Shown here piece by piece: positions 41,441 through 51,049 of a DNA stretch of 64,000 nucleotides (within the stretch, counting starts at the first letter, position 1; each line of letters starts with the position of its first letter). The stretch covers positions 5,209 to 69,208 of the forward strand of contig CAMWLS010000005.1 in NCBI GenBank assembly GCA_947175205.1, read 5' to 3'. The position numbers and the translations under genes are program-made. The notes under the pieces were generated by a model that saw only the letters and a program-made list of their open reading frames with translations, was not told the origin of the DNA and did not search any database. The stretch comes from an uncultured Porphyromonadaceae bacterium (GTDB lineage Bacteria; Bacteroidota; Bacteroidia; Bacteroidales; Muribaculaceae).

Positions 41441-43531
41441 ATGAAACATATTCTTTTAATCTTATCTGTTATTCTTTCTTCAATTTGTGTGTTTGGTCAG
41501 AATGATTCACTTTCCCATGATTATGAACTGGATGAAGTGGTGGTTTCTGCCACAAGGTCACTTTCAAAATTTGACAGCGACGGTATCATCACAACAGTTA
41601 AAGGGACACCACTTCAGACGTTAACTAACATCAATGAACTATTGGGTTATATTCCAGGAGTAAGCAACCTGAATGGAGCAATAGAAGTGGTGGGAAAAGG
41701 CAGACCTCTAATATACATAAACGGCAGAAAACTACGTGATTTTTCTGAGTTACAACAAATTCCCGCCTCAAAAGTCAAGGATGTAAAAGTCATAAATAAT
41801 CCCGGTGCCAGATACGGTGGAGACGTAAATGCCGTAATCAGAATAACCACAGAAAGGCAAGTTGGCGATGGGTTTTCGTTAGATAGTCGTGCCACAGCCG
41901 GTATAAGGCACTATTTCTATATCAAGGAGTTTTTGAACCTGAATTATCGCTCAGGAGGGCTTGATATATTTGCGAACGGGGAATATAACATGAGTAAAAG
42001 CACGGGGTCAGGCTGTGGAATTCAGAACTTCTGGGGAAATAATAAGCGACAGGTTCTAAGTCATACTACTTCCAAAAGACGCAAACAACTTATGGACGGC
42101 AAAATTGGGCTAAACTATTCAACTAAATCCGGACATCTTTTAGGCGCTTATTATCAATATAACCATGCTCCTTCGAAGACCAATTCCGATGCCCTTACTT
42201 CATTTATATTCAGCGACCTGAAGCCAAGCGTTTCTGCAACGTCACGTATTGAAAATGAGAATTATTACGGAAATCTTGTGGATGCTTATTATTCAGGCGC
42301 ATGGGGGAAATGGGCCGTGGATGCGAGTTTTGATTTCCTCTGGAGGAGAGATAATGCAGACCAGCAAATCCAAGAAACTTTTACGGATTCACAAACCACA
42401 CTCATGGGGTTAGGTGACAGGAGTCACGGCCGCATGTTAGCCGGAGAACTTCATCTTTCAAAACCAATATCAAAAGGTAATTTTATGATTGGAGCTGAAT
42501 ATACTAACTCCATCCGTTCAGAGGATTTTCTGAGTAATACTTCTTCCATTGCCAGCGTAGATAATAAAATACATGAAAGTAATATATCCGTTTATGCACA
42601 AATCTCCCGAACCATAGGCCGCGTTATGCTGCAAGGCGGCCTGCGTTATGAGCACATTAATAGCACTTACTATGAGGATAACATAAGGAAAGCTGAACAA
42701 TCAGCCTCCTATAATGAAATACTACCTTCTTTTTCTCTGGCACTTCCAGTGAGAAAGACAATGTTTCAGTTGAGTTATTCACGTAAATATAATCGTCCCT
42801 CCTATGCACAAATGAGCAGTGCGGTACACTATGTTGACCAGTATACTTATGAAACAGGCAACCCTGATTTAAAAAACAGTTTTACTGACAATTTAACAGT
42901 GAATTTCAAGTATAACTGGCTGATGACAATGGTTACTTACAAACATATCCACAACAAAATCATAACCACATGCTATGAATATCCCACTAGTCCCGACATA
43001 ACACTGTTAATGAAGGAAAATTCCAGAAACGATGCAAACAATCTGGAACTTCTTGTGTCCATACAACCGGGTTTTATTGGTAAATTTTACTATCCCGTGG
43101 CTATGACAGGCATAGTGACTCAGTTCTATGATATTGATTTCAGAGGAAGCATGAAGCATATGAATAGTCCCATGTTCCTTGTGAGACTGAACAATATTTT
43201 CAGACTGCCTAAGGATTTCTTGGTTTATGTCAATTTAAATTACAGAAGCAGTTTTGATGGCGAAAATATACATATGGGACGCAGCTGGCAGATAGATTTA
43301 AGCCTCACCAAGACGTTTAACCGGCACTGGGATGCCTCGCTTTCGTTTAATGACGTATTCAATAGCGCCCGCAAGACCTCTATGACCATTTATAGCGGAC
43401 AGTTTGAGTACATCAGTCAGAAGTACAATACTTTACGCGGTGTTGAATTTTCTATAGGTTACAAGTTTAATGTAACCAAATCAAAATACCGCGGTAAAGG
43501 TGCAGGAAATAAAGAGAAAGAGAGATTATAA
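41441..43531 (+). CDS. TonB-dependent-receptor-like outer-membrane beta-barrel (OMP_b-brl_3 type)
   Basis: Signal peptide, LDEVVVSA, plug NPGARY, YETGNPDLK, C-terminal KYRGKGAGNKEKERL. Confidence 0.8.
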   Translation: MKHILLILSVILSSICVFGQNDSLSHDYELDEVVVSATRSLSKFDSDGIITTVKGTPLQTLTNINELLGYIPGVSNLNGAIEVVGKGRPLIYINGRKLRDFSELQQIPASKVKDVKVINNPGARYGGDVNAVIRITTERQVGDGFSLDSRATAGIRHYFYIKEFLNLNYRSGGLDIFANGEYNMSKSTGSGCGIQNFWGNNKRQVLSHTTSKRRKQLMDGKIGLNYSTKSGHLLGAYYQYNHAPSKTNSDALTSFIFSDLKPSVSATSRIENENYYGNLVDAYYSGAWGKWAVDASFDFLWRRDNADQQIQETFTDSQTTLMGLGDRSHGRMLAGELHLSKPISKGNFMIGAEYTNSIRSEDFLSNTSSIASVDNKIHESNISVYAQISRTIGRVMLQGGLRYEHINSTYYEDNIRKAEQSASYNEILPSFSLALPVRKTMFQLSYSRKYNRPSYAQMSSAVHYVDQYTYETGNPDLKNSFTDNLTVNFKYNWLMTMVTYKHIHNKIITTCYEYPTSPDITLLMKENSRNDANNLELLVSIQPGFIGKFYYPVAMTGIVTQFYDIDFRGSMKHMNSPMFLVRLNNIFRLPKDFLVYVNLNYRSSFDGENIHMGRSWQIDLSLTKTFNRHWDASLSFNDVFNSARKTSMTIYSGQFEYISQKYNTLRGVEFSIGYKFNVTKSKYRGKGAGNKEKERL

Positions 43532-43637
43532 CATTTAACCACATAGGCAAAGTTACCTTTATTAGTGAAGATATAAACCTTTGAAAGGATTACATCTTCA
43601 TGCTCAACAAACAAGATTTTATTATTCTTATCTTTCG

Positions 43638-45842
43638 ATGGCAAGATTTAGATGCTTTATACAACATGATTCAATGGAATGTGGCATAGCGAGTCTTGCT
43701 ATGGTTTGCAATCATCATGGTCTACACTGTTCAATTGAAAAACTAGCCGAGATGTGCCCGCCTACTCGTGAGGGGGTATCCCTAAAGGGTCTAAATGACA
43801 CAGCTCATTCACTTGGACTAGAAACAATATGCGTAAAAACCCCTATGGAGTCCTTAGAGGAAGGACCCCTCCCGGCAATTCTTTATTGGGAGCAAAAGCA
43901 TTTTGTTGTTCTGCACAAAATAAAAAACGGTAAGATCTTCTATATAGCAGACCCGGCAAAAGGGAACTACAAGCGTTCTATATCTGAGATGGATAAATAT
44001 TGGGCAAATTTTACATCTGTAAATAGGGGCTTGAAAAAAGGGATTGTAATGTTTCTAAAACCAGGAAAAACATTTAATGAGGTTAGGATGCAATATAATC
44101 AGCAGAACACAAATTCATATAAAGCCATTGGATTCATACTTACTTACATAAAACCATATCGCAAACATTTACTCCATATTATTATTGGCCTAATAGTTAG
44201 CTGCTTACTACAGTTAATATTGCCTTTCATGACCCAATCAATTGTTGATATAGGTATTAGGCATAAAGACATCAGCATAATTTGGTTAATTCTTCTTGGT
44301 GAACTCATGATAATCTGTGGGCGTACTGCCACTGACTTTATAAGACGTTGGCTATTACTCCATATTTCAATGAGAGTTAACTTATCACTCGTTCGAGATT
44401 TCTTTATAAAGTTGTTAAAACTACCAATGTCTTTTTTTGACAATAAATTAATAGGGGATTTACTACAACGAGTTGAAGACCATAACAGGGTCCAGACTTT
44501 TTTGACAAATCAAATGTTGAACTTTGCCTTTTCCTCTCTGAGTTTCATCATCTTCGGAATTGTATTACTTATTTATAATCAAATCATATTTTATATATTT
44601 TTAACCGGAAGCATTATTTATGCCGCTTGGCTTGCTTTATTTTTACGAAAGCGTAAAGTGCTGGATTATGAATTATTCGGAAAAAGATCTGTTACCAACA
44701 ACAAAACATACCAGTTCATCACATCAATGCAAGAAATTAAACTTCAGGGATGCGAAGAGCGCAGATGTTGGGAATGGGAAGATGTTCAAGTAGAATTATT
44801 CAAGATTCAACTAAAAGTTCTGAAATTACAGCAGACTCAGGAAGCTGGGTCAATATTCATCAATGAACTCAAGAACATAATTATAACAGTTCTTGCTGCC
44901 ACAGCGGTTATCAGTGGAGAGATGACACTGGGTGCCATGCTTGCCGTTCAATATATAATTGGCCAATTAAATGTACCAGTAGATGTACTGATGTCTTTTA
45001 TTTATACCTTGCAGGATGTAAAAATTTCGCTTGAGCGTATAAGTGAGATTCATAAAAGGCAAAACGAAGACATGAGGGCAATGGATGCTCATGGTTTAAA
45101 ATCCGGCAAGTCAATAGAAATTACAAATTTATGTTTCAAATATGATCCACATGCATTAAAGAATACGCTTGAAAACATTTCTTTTCAGATTCCTGAGGGA
45201 AAGATTACCGCTATTGTGGGAGCATCAGGAAGTGGGAAAACCACTATCATTAAGCTATTACTTGGCTATTATCAATTTTCATCAGGTATTATAAGCATTT
45301 CTAATAGAAATATAAACGATTATAATTTGAAATGGTGGAGAAGCCGTTGTGGAGTTGTGATGCAGGACGGTGTTATTTTTTCTGATACTATAGCCCGGAA
45401 TATAGCCGTTGATGGAGAGATTGATTTTGTGCGCATTGAAAAGGCTGCCAAATTAGCAAAAATACATGATTATGTCATGGGACTTCCTCTTAAATATGAA
45501 ACAGTAATTGGTATTGAAGGTATAGGACTCAGTAGAGGACAGAAACAACGCATCCTCATAGCGCGTGCTGTCTATAAGAACCCAGACTTCCTATTTTTAG
45601 ATGAAGCTACTAATGCTCTTGACGCTGAAAATGAGCGCACAATCGTGGAGAATCTTAATGATTATTTTAAAGGTAAAACGGTAGTAATTGTGGCACACCG
45701 CTTGTCAACAGTTAAAAACGCGGATAATATCATAGTAATGGATAATGGTAAGATTATTGAAACGGGGACACATCACTCTCTCATCAGGGAAAAAGGAACA
45801 TACTTTAATTTAGTTAAAAATCAGCTGGAACTGGGTGATTAA
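43638..45842 (+). CDS. Peptidase-containing ABC transporter (C39 PCAT)
   Basis: QHDSMECG (catalytic Cys), KHFVV, ADPAKG; Walker A GASGSGKT, signature LSRGQ, Walker B LFLDE; start refined to 43638. Confidence 0.95.
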   Translation: MARFRCFIQHDSMECGIASLAMVCNHHGLHCSIEKLAEMCPPTREGVSLKGLNDTAHSLGLETICVKTPMESLEEGPLPAILYWEQKHFVVLHKIKNGKIFYIADPAKGNYKRSISEMDKYWANFTSVNRGLKKGIVMFLKPGKTFNEVRMQYNQQNTNSYKAIGFILTYIKPYRKHLLHIIIGLIVSCLLQLILPFMTQSIVDIGIRHKDISIIWLILLGELMIICGRTATDFIRRWLLLHISMRVNLSLVRDFFIKLLKLPMSFFDNKLIGDLLQRVEDHNRVQTFLTNQMLNFAFSSLSFIIFGIVLLIYNQIIFYIFLTGSIIYAAWLALFLRKRKVLDYELFGKRSVTNNKTYQFITSMQEIKLQGCEERRCWEWEDVQVELFKIQLKVLKLQQTQEAGSIFINELKNIIITVLAATAVISGEMTLGAMLAVQYIIGQLNVPVDVLMSFIYTLQDVKISLERISEIHKRQNEDMRAMDAHGLKSGKSIEITNLCFKYDPHALKNTLENISFQIPEGKITAIVGASGSGKTTIIKLLLGYYQFSSGIISISNRNINDYNLKWWRSRCGVVMQDGVIFSDTIARNIAVDGEIDFVRIEKAAKLAKIHDYVMGLPLKYETVIGIEGIGLSRGQKQRILIARAVYKNPDFLFLDEATNALDAENERTIVENLNDYFKGKTVVIVAHRLSTVKNADNIIVMDNGKIIETGTHHSLIREKGTYFNLVKNQLELGD

Positions 45843-45844
45843 AA

Positions 45845-46063
45845 ATGAATACTTCTAAAAACTCACGTAAAAATAAGGGTGGGAACGGTCCGGTAAGCAG
45901 ACAGACTATAGGTAGAATTCCTCCGGTATTAGTACGTCTGGGGGTGTTAACTTCTATACTAATCCTCCTTTCTCTATTTGTCACAGCATATTTTCTCCCT
46001 TTTCCATACTCAAACGGGGAAACAATATTGCAGCATATTCTGGAAAGTTTATTTAGCAGATAG
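45845..46063 (+). CDS. 72-aa protein resembling only the N-terminal anchor of a HlyD-family adaptor
   Basis: IGRIPPVLVRLG followed by one TM helix; directly after the PCAT; no hairpin or beta domain follows. Confidence 0.55.
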   Translation: MNTSKNSRKNKGGNGPVSRQTIGRIPPVLVRLGVLTSILILLSLFVTAYFLPFPYSNGETILQHILESLFSR

Positions 46064-46160
46064 ATTATAGAAATATGGGCTGGGGATAAGTGGCTGTCCC
46101 AAAAATGCGTAATTTTGTGGGGTGAATACGCGCAGGAGCGTTGAATTCATGTAGTACAAA

Positions 46161-48854
46161 ATGAAAATTAATCATATGACACAACAGCAGCATTTCAAGG
46201 GTCTTACTGATGCGGAAGTGGCGGAAAGCCGCAGAATCAATGGTGAAAACATACTCACGCCTCCAGCAAAGGACCCGCTATGGAAACGCTTCCTCAAAAA
46301 GTTTTCTGACCCGCTGATAGTGATTCTCATGATAGCCGGTGTGCTGTCAGTGTGCATATCATGTTATGAATACTGGGGACTGAATGAGGGCGCAGGGGTG
46401 TTCTTTGAGCCAATAGGTATCATTCTTGCCATAATTCTTGCCACGGGACTGGCGTTTATCTTTGAACTGAAGGCTGACAAGGAGTTTGCCCTGCTGAATA
46501 AGGTGAATGATGATGAGCCGGTGCAGGTGATACGCAACGGTATGGTCAGACAGACAGCAAGGAAGGATGTGGTAGTGGGTGACATAGTCCTTCTTAACAC
46601 GGGAGAGGAGGTGCCGGCTGACGGAGAATTGCTGGAGGCAGTGATGCTGAATGTTGATGAGTCAACTCTCACCGGTGAGCCAATGTGCCATAAGACTACG
46701 GATGAGTCAGTGTTTGACCCGGAGGCCACTTTCCCGAGCAATCATGCCATGCGTGGCACCAAAATCATGGAGGGTCACGGAGTCATGCGTGTCCTGGCAG
46801 TGGGTGACCGCACTGAGAACGGCAAGGTGTTTGAGGCAGCACAGATTGACGACAGCGTCAAGACTCCTCTGAGCGAGCAGTTGGACCGGCTGGGGAAACT
46901 AATTTCCGGCGCCTCCTATGCCATTGCTGCCATAATAGTCATAGGACGCATGATTACTTACTGGGTCAATATTCCGGAGTTTGCGTGGGTATCCTTTCTG
47001 ACATATTTTCTTCAGACGCTTATGGTGGCTGTGACGCTTGTGGTCGTGGCTGTGCCGGAAGGCTTACCCATGGCTGTAACGCTGTCACTGGCATACTCCA
47101 TGCGGCGTATGCTTAAGACTAATAATCTGGTGCGCAAGCTACATGCCTGTGAAACCATGGGTGCCACAACTGTAATATGTACGGACAAGACCGGTACGCT
47201 GACGCAGAACCAGATGCAGGTGGCGCAGGTGCGTTTTTATGGAAATCCCTCAGAGAACGTGATTAATGAGGGAATTGCTGTAAATTCTACAGCACAGATA
47301 GACTTCACTCCACAAAAGCCACAGGTACTGGGTAACCCCACGGAGGGGGCTTTACTGCTGTGGTTGCGGTCAAAGGGCGTGGACTATCAGGCAATCAAGG
47401 ATAAGGCTGTTAAGCTTCAGGAGCTGCCTTTCACCACTGAACGGAAATATATGGCCACAGTGGTAAAATCACCTGACGGGGAAAATGTGCTGTGCGTAAA
47501 GGGGGCTCCGGAAATCATCTATGGCATGTGCAGGAACACGGCCGGAGTTACGATTCAGGAGCTTGACGCCCAGCTTCTGGAATATCAGAATCAGGCCATG
47601 CGTACTCTGGGATTTGCCTATCAGGTACTCAGTCCCGGAGACAAAGCCATTGCAGACAACAAGGTTGTTGCCCAGAGGCTGACATTCCTTGGTATAGCGG
47701 CTATATCAGACCCGGTACGCCCGGATGTGCCTGATGCCGTAAAGGAGGTAATAAACGCGGGTATTAAGGTAAAAATTGTTACCGGAGATACTCCGGGGAC
47801 GGCAAAAGAGATAGGTCGTCAGATAGGTCTCTGGAATGACAATCAAGACGGTGAAGAAAACATTATCACCGGACCGGAGTTTGATCACCTCACAGACAGT
47901 CAGCTCAGAGAGCGTGCTGAAGGATTAAAAATCATAGCCCGCGCACGGCCTCTGGATAAAAAGAGGCTGGTGGAAGCTCTGCAGTCCCGTAATGAGGTTG
48001 TGGCGGTTACCGGCGACGGGACCAATGATGCTCCGGCCCTTAAAACGGCTCATGTGGGTCTTTCCATGGGTGACGGCACTTCTGTGGCTAAAGAGGCATC
48101 TGACATCACTATTATTGATAACTCTTTCTCATCCATAGGCCGGGCTGTCATGTGGGGACGATCACTGTACAGGAACATCCAGCGCTTTATCCTGTTCCAG
48201 ATGACCGTTAACGTAGCGGCCTGCCTGATAGTTCTCTGTGGAGCGTTCATGGGTCTGCAGTCTCCACTGACGGTGACACAAATGCTGTGGGTGAACCTTA
48301 TAATGGACACCTTTGCCGCCATGGCTCTGGCGTCACTGCCACCGTCCGGAAACGTGATGAGGGACAAGCCAAGACCTCGGCACGCGTTTATCATCAACAG
48401 AGCCATGTGGAAAGCCATCATAGGCACCGGAGGCATATTTTTCATTCTGTTACTGGGGCTGCTGTACTACCTTGAGCATACAGATATAACAGACCTTACC
48501 CAGATTGGGACAGCAGTAATGGGCGCAAATACAGGTCTGAGTCCCTATGAGCTTTCAGTGTTCTTCTCCATTTTTGTATTTCTACAGTTCTGGAACATGT
48601 TCAATGCCAGAGCCTTTGAGACAGGACGGTCAGCGCTTAATCTTAAGGGCTGTGGAGGATTTGAGCTTATAGCATTGATAATCCTGACCGGACAGATATT
48701 CATAGTTAGCTTTGGGGGCGAATTCTTCACCGTTGTACCCCTTAAACTAACTGACTGGCTAATTATTATCAGTTCCACATCTGTGGTTCTTTGGATAGGC
48801 GAGGCATGGCGTTTCTTTTATGACGCTTCCGGGGTGCGTTCGTATTTGAAATAG
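46161..48854 (+). CDS. Calcium-translocating P-type ATPase (PMCA-like)
   Basis: LTGE, VPEGLP, DKTGTLT, KGAPE, GDGTNDAP, LWVNLIMD. Confidence 0.95.
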   Translation: MKINHMTQQQHFKGLTDAEVAESRRINGENILTPPAKDPLWKRFLKKFSDPLIVILMIAGVLSVCISCYEYWGLNEGAGVFFEPIGIILAIILATGLAFIFELKADKEFALLNKVNDDEPVQVIRNGMVRQTARKDVVVGDIVLLNTGEEVPADGELLEAVMLNVDESTLTGEPMCHKTTDESVFDPEATFPSNHAMRGTKIMEGHGVMRVLAVGDRTENGKVFEAAQIDDSVKTPLSEQLDRLGKLISGASYAIAAIIVIGRMITYWVNIPEFAWVSFLTYFLQTLMVAVTLVVVAVPEGLPMAVTLSLAYSMRRMLKTNNLVRKLHACETMGATTVICTDKTGTLTQNQMQVAQVRFYGNPSENVINEGIAVNSTAQIDFTPQKPQVLGNPTEGALLLWLRSKGVDYQAIKDKAVKLQELPFTTERKYMATVVKSPDGENVLCVKGAPEIIYGMCRNTAGVTIQELDAQLLEYQNQAMRTLGFAYQVLSPGDKAIADNKVVAQRLTFLGIAAISDPVRPDVPDAVKEVINAGIKVKIVTGDTPGTAKEIGRQIGLWNDNQDGEENIITGPEFDHLTDSQLRERAEGLKIIARARPLDKKRLVEALQSRNEVVAVTGDGTNDAPALKTAHVGLSMGDGTSVAKEASDITIIDNSFSSIGRAVMWGRSLYRNIQRFILFQMTVNVAACLIVLCGAFMGLQSPLTVTQMLWVNLIMDTFAAMALASLPPSGNVMRDKPRPRHAFIINRAMWKAIIGTGGIFFILLLGLLYYLEHTDITDLTQIGTAVMGANTGLSPYELSVFFSIFVFLQFWNMFNARAFETGRSALNLKGCGGFELIALIILTGQIFIVSFGGEFFTVVPLKLTDWLIIISSTSVVLWIGEAWRFFYDASGVRSYLK

Positions 48855-49975
48855 AGGATGAGCAGGAGGACACAGCCAATAACTATTAGCGGCTGTCCCA
48901 GCAGAGCCGTGGTGGAGTATGACATTCCGGCACTGATGGCAGCTGCGCCCATGGCGGCGGCAATGGCGTTGCCGGCGTTGTAAGCAATCTGGATACATGC
49001 TGCTCCCAGCATCTCTCCCCCGGCGGCATAACATACAATGGATGACTGCAGCGGGCTTCCTGACCCGAAAAGGGCTGCCGTACCGAGCATCATCAGTACC
49101 ACCACCGCCAGTTTATAATGTCCCAAGAAGTAAAACGCCAACAGTACGGGAATGGCTGAGGCCTGCACGGAGGCAGCAACGGCAGAAGGCTTGAAACGGT
49201 CACTCAGCTGTCCGGCAATGAGGTTGCCGGCAAACATTCCGGCACCGGCCAGTACCATCAGCCATGAAAGGTCGTGAGCGCTAAATCCGGCCACCACCGT
49301 GAGCTGTGGGTCAATGTAGCTGTACCAGCAATACATGCCTATCTGTCCGAAAATCACGCCGCCGAAAATGAGCCACGGCGGCAATGTGCGCAGGAAATGG
49401 AACTGCCCCTTGAAGCCATGGTCCGGGAGACGGCCCACATCACGCACCCACTTGCGTATGGCAATCAGTGTCAGAGTGCCTGTAAGCGCTACAAGTGCAA
49501 AGGCGAGACGCCATGAGAGCATATTTGTCATCAACGTACCCAAGGGTACGCCTCCAAGGGTGGCAACTGTCATACCGGCAATAACAATAGAAACCGCGCT
49601 CGTTTCTTTACCGGGAGCGGCCAGCTTACGGGCCACTATGGCCCCCACCCCGAAGTATGCGCCGTGAGGGAGTCCTGAGATGAAACGTGATGCAAACAGA
49701 GTCCAGTAAGTGGGTGACAGTGCCGCGCACAGGTTTCCCACAGCTATAAGGGCGGCAAGACTCATCATAATGGTTTTGAGCTTGAATCTTCTCGCCAAAA
49801 GCAGTACCGGCGCTCCCACACATACGCCACCGGCATATGCGGAAATCAGATTTCCGGCCTGGGCTACAGACACTGACAGGTCTGAGGCAAGATTCACCAG
49901 GATGCCCATCATGAGGAACTCTGTGATGCCAAGTGAAAATGTTCCTAAGGCAAGTGCCGCCAATCCCTTATTCAT
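48818..49975 (-). CDS. MFS transporter (AraJ-like)
   Basis: About 12 TM helices; LALGTFSLGITEF, RFISGLPHGAYFG. Confidence 0.88.
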   Translation of the reverse strand: MNKGLAALALGTFSLGITEFLMMGILVNLASDLSVSVAQAGNLISAYAGGVCVGAPVLLLARRFKLKTIMMSLAALIAVGNLCAALSPTYWTLFASRFISGLPHGAYFGVGAIVARKLAAPGKETSAVSIVIAGMTVATLGGVPLGTLMTNMLSWRLAFALVALTGTLTLIAIRKWVRDVGRLPDHGFKGQFHFLRTLPPWLIFGGVIFGQIGMYCWYSYIDPQLTVVAGFSAHDLSWLMVLAGAGMFAGNLIAGQLSDRFKPSAVAASVQASAIPVLLAFYFLGHYKLAVVVLMMLGTAALFGSGSPLQSSIVCYAAGGEMLGAACIQIAYNAGNAIAAAMGAAAISAGMSYSTTALLGQPLIVIGCVLLLILYFKYERTPEAS

Positions 49976-50058
49976 AACTTAATAGGATATACTGTTTCAC
50001 TGCAAAAATAATAAATATAATGGTCCCTGCATTAGAAGTAAGAAATCTCAGACAATCT

Positions 50059-50967
50059 TTATTTCTTATGTGACGGAACTTTAGATACCGGCTCCATATG
50101 GATATTTATTATGGAGTTTGAGCCAAATACACTTCTTATGGCATTTTCAGCTGCCGAAGCCTTCTCATGAGCTTCAGAAAGGGTGATATTACCGTCCATC
50201 TTGGCATGCAGGTCCACAGCTATACCGTTGCCTATGCGCCGCGTGCGCAGATTATGTACCGCCACTATTCCCGGTACGGTCTTTACCAGCCGGACAATTT
50301 CCTTCTCCTTGTCTTCCGGTAACGAAGCCTCAAGAAGTTCCTCTATACAAGGCTTTACAATATCATATCCGCTCTTGATAATAAGAACGCTGACCACTAC
50401 TGCCGCCAGCGGGTCAAGAATCCTCCATCTGTCACCTAAGAACATGGCGCCGGCAATACCTATAAGCGTGCCTAATGATGACACAGCATCACTGCGGTGA
50501 TGCCAGGCGTTAGCTGTCACAGCCGGGGAGTCAAGCCTTTTTCCGGCTTTGAGAGTGTAGCGGAAAAGCCACTCCTTGGAAAGAATGGACACCACCGCCA
50601 CCACCAGCGCCAGCATGGTGGGTCTGGGGAGTACCGTACCCTGAAGGCTGTCAATCACTGACTCTATGCCATTTATCATCAGACCTACACCTGCCCCTAC
50701 CAGCAAGAGTCCTATAATGAGCGTGGCCAGTGTCTCAAACTTTCCGTGTCCATAGTCATGGCTCTTGTCACGAGGCTTCCCGGCAATTTTCACAAAAATC
50801 AGAACGATGACGTCTGAGACAAAATCACTCAAAGAGTGGACCGCATCAGCCACCATGGCAGAGCTGCGGCCTACAAAGCCTGCCACAAACTTGAGCACTA
50901 TCAGGACAGCATTAACAGCTGACCCCAATAAAGTTACGCTATATATTTTCTTCTCGCGTTCCTGCAT
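50059..50967 (-). CDS. Cation diffusion facilitator transporter
   Basis: ADAVHSLSD, YGHGKFE, HHRSD, IHMEP. Confidence 0.93.
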   Translation of the reverse strand: MQEREKKIYSVTLLGSAVNAVLIVLKFVAGFVGRSSAMVADAVHSLSDFVSDVIVLIFVKIAGKPRDKSHDYGHGKFETLATLIIGLLLVGAGVGLMINGIESVIDSLQGTVLPRPTMLALVVAVVSILSKEWLFRYTLKAGKRLDSPAVTANAWHHRSDAVSSLGTLIGIAGAMFLGDRWRILDPLAAVVVSVLIIKSGYDIVKPCIEELLEASLPEDKEKEIVRLVKTVPGIVAVHNLRTRRIGNGIAVDLHAKMDGNITLSEAHEKASAAENAIRSVFGSNSIINIHMEPVSKVPSHKK

Positions 50968-51049
50968 ATATATTTATTAACGTTTCTGAAATGGTATATG
51001 GTTCACTCCCGTTATCTCTTGCTGAGTGCGGTCTTCTCTGCATTAGGAA

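Noticed and set aside
37000-46160. RiPP island as an active ICE or transposon
   Set aside because: No integrase, transposase, relaxase, tRNA target or flanking repeat found
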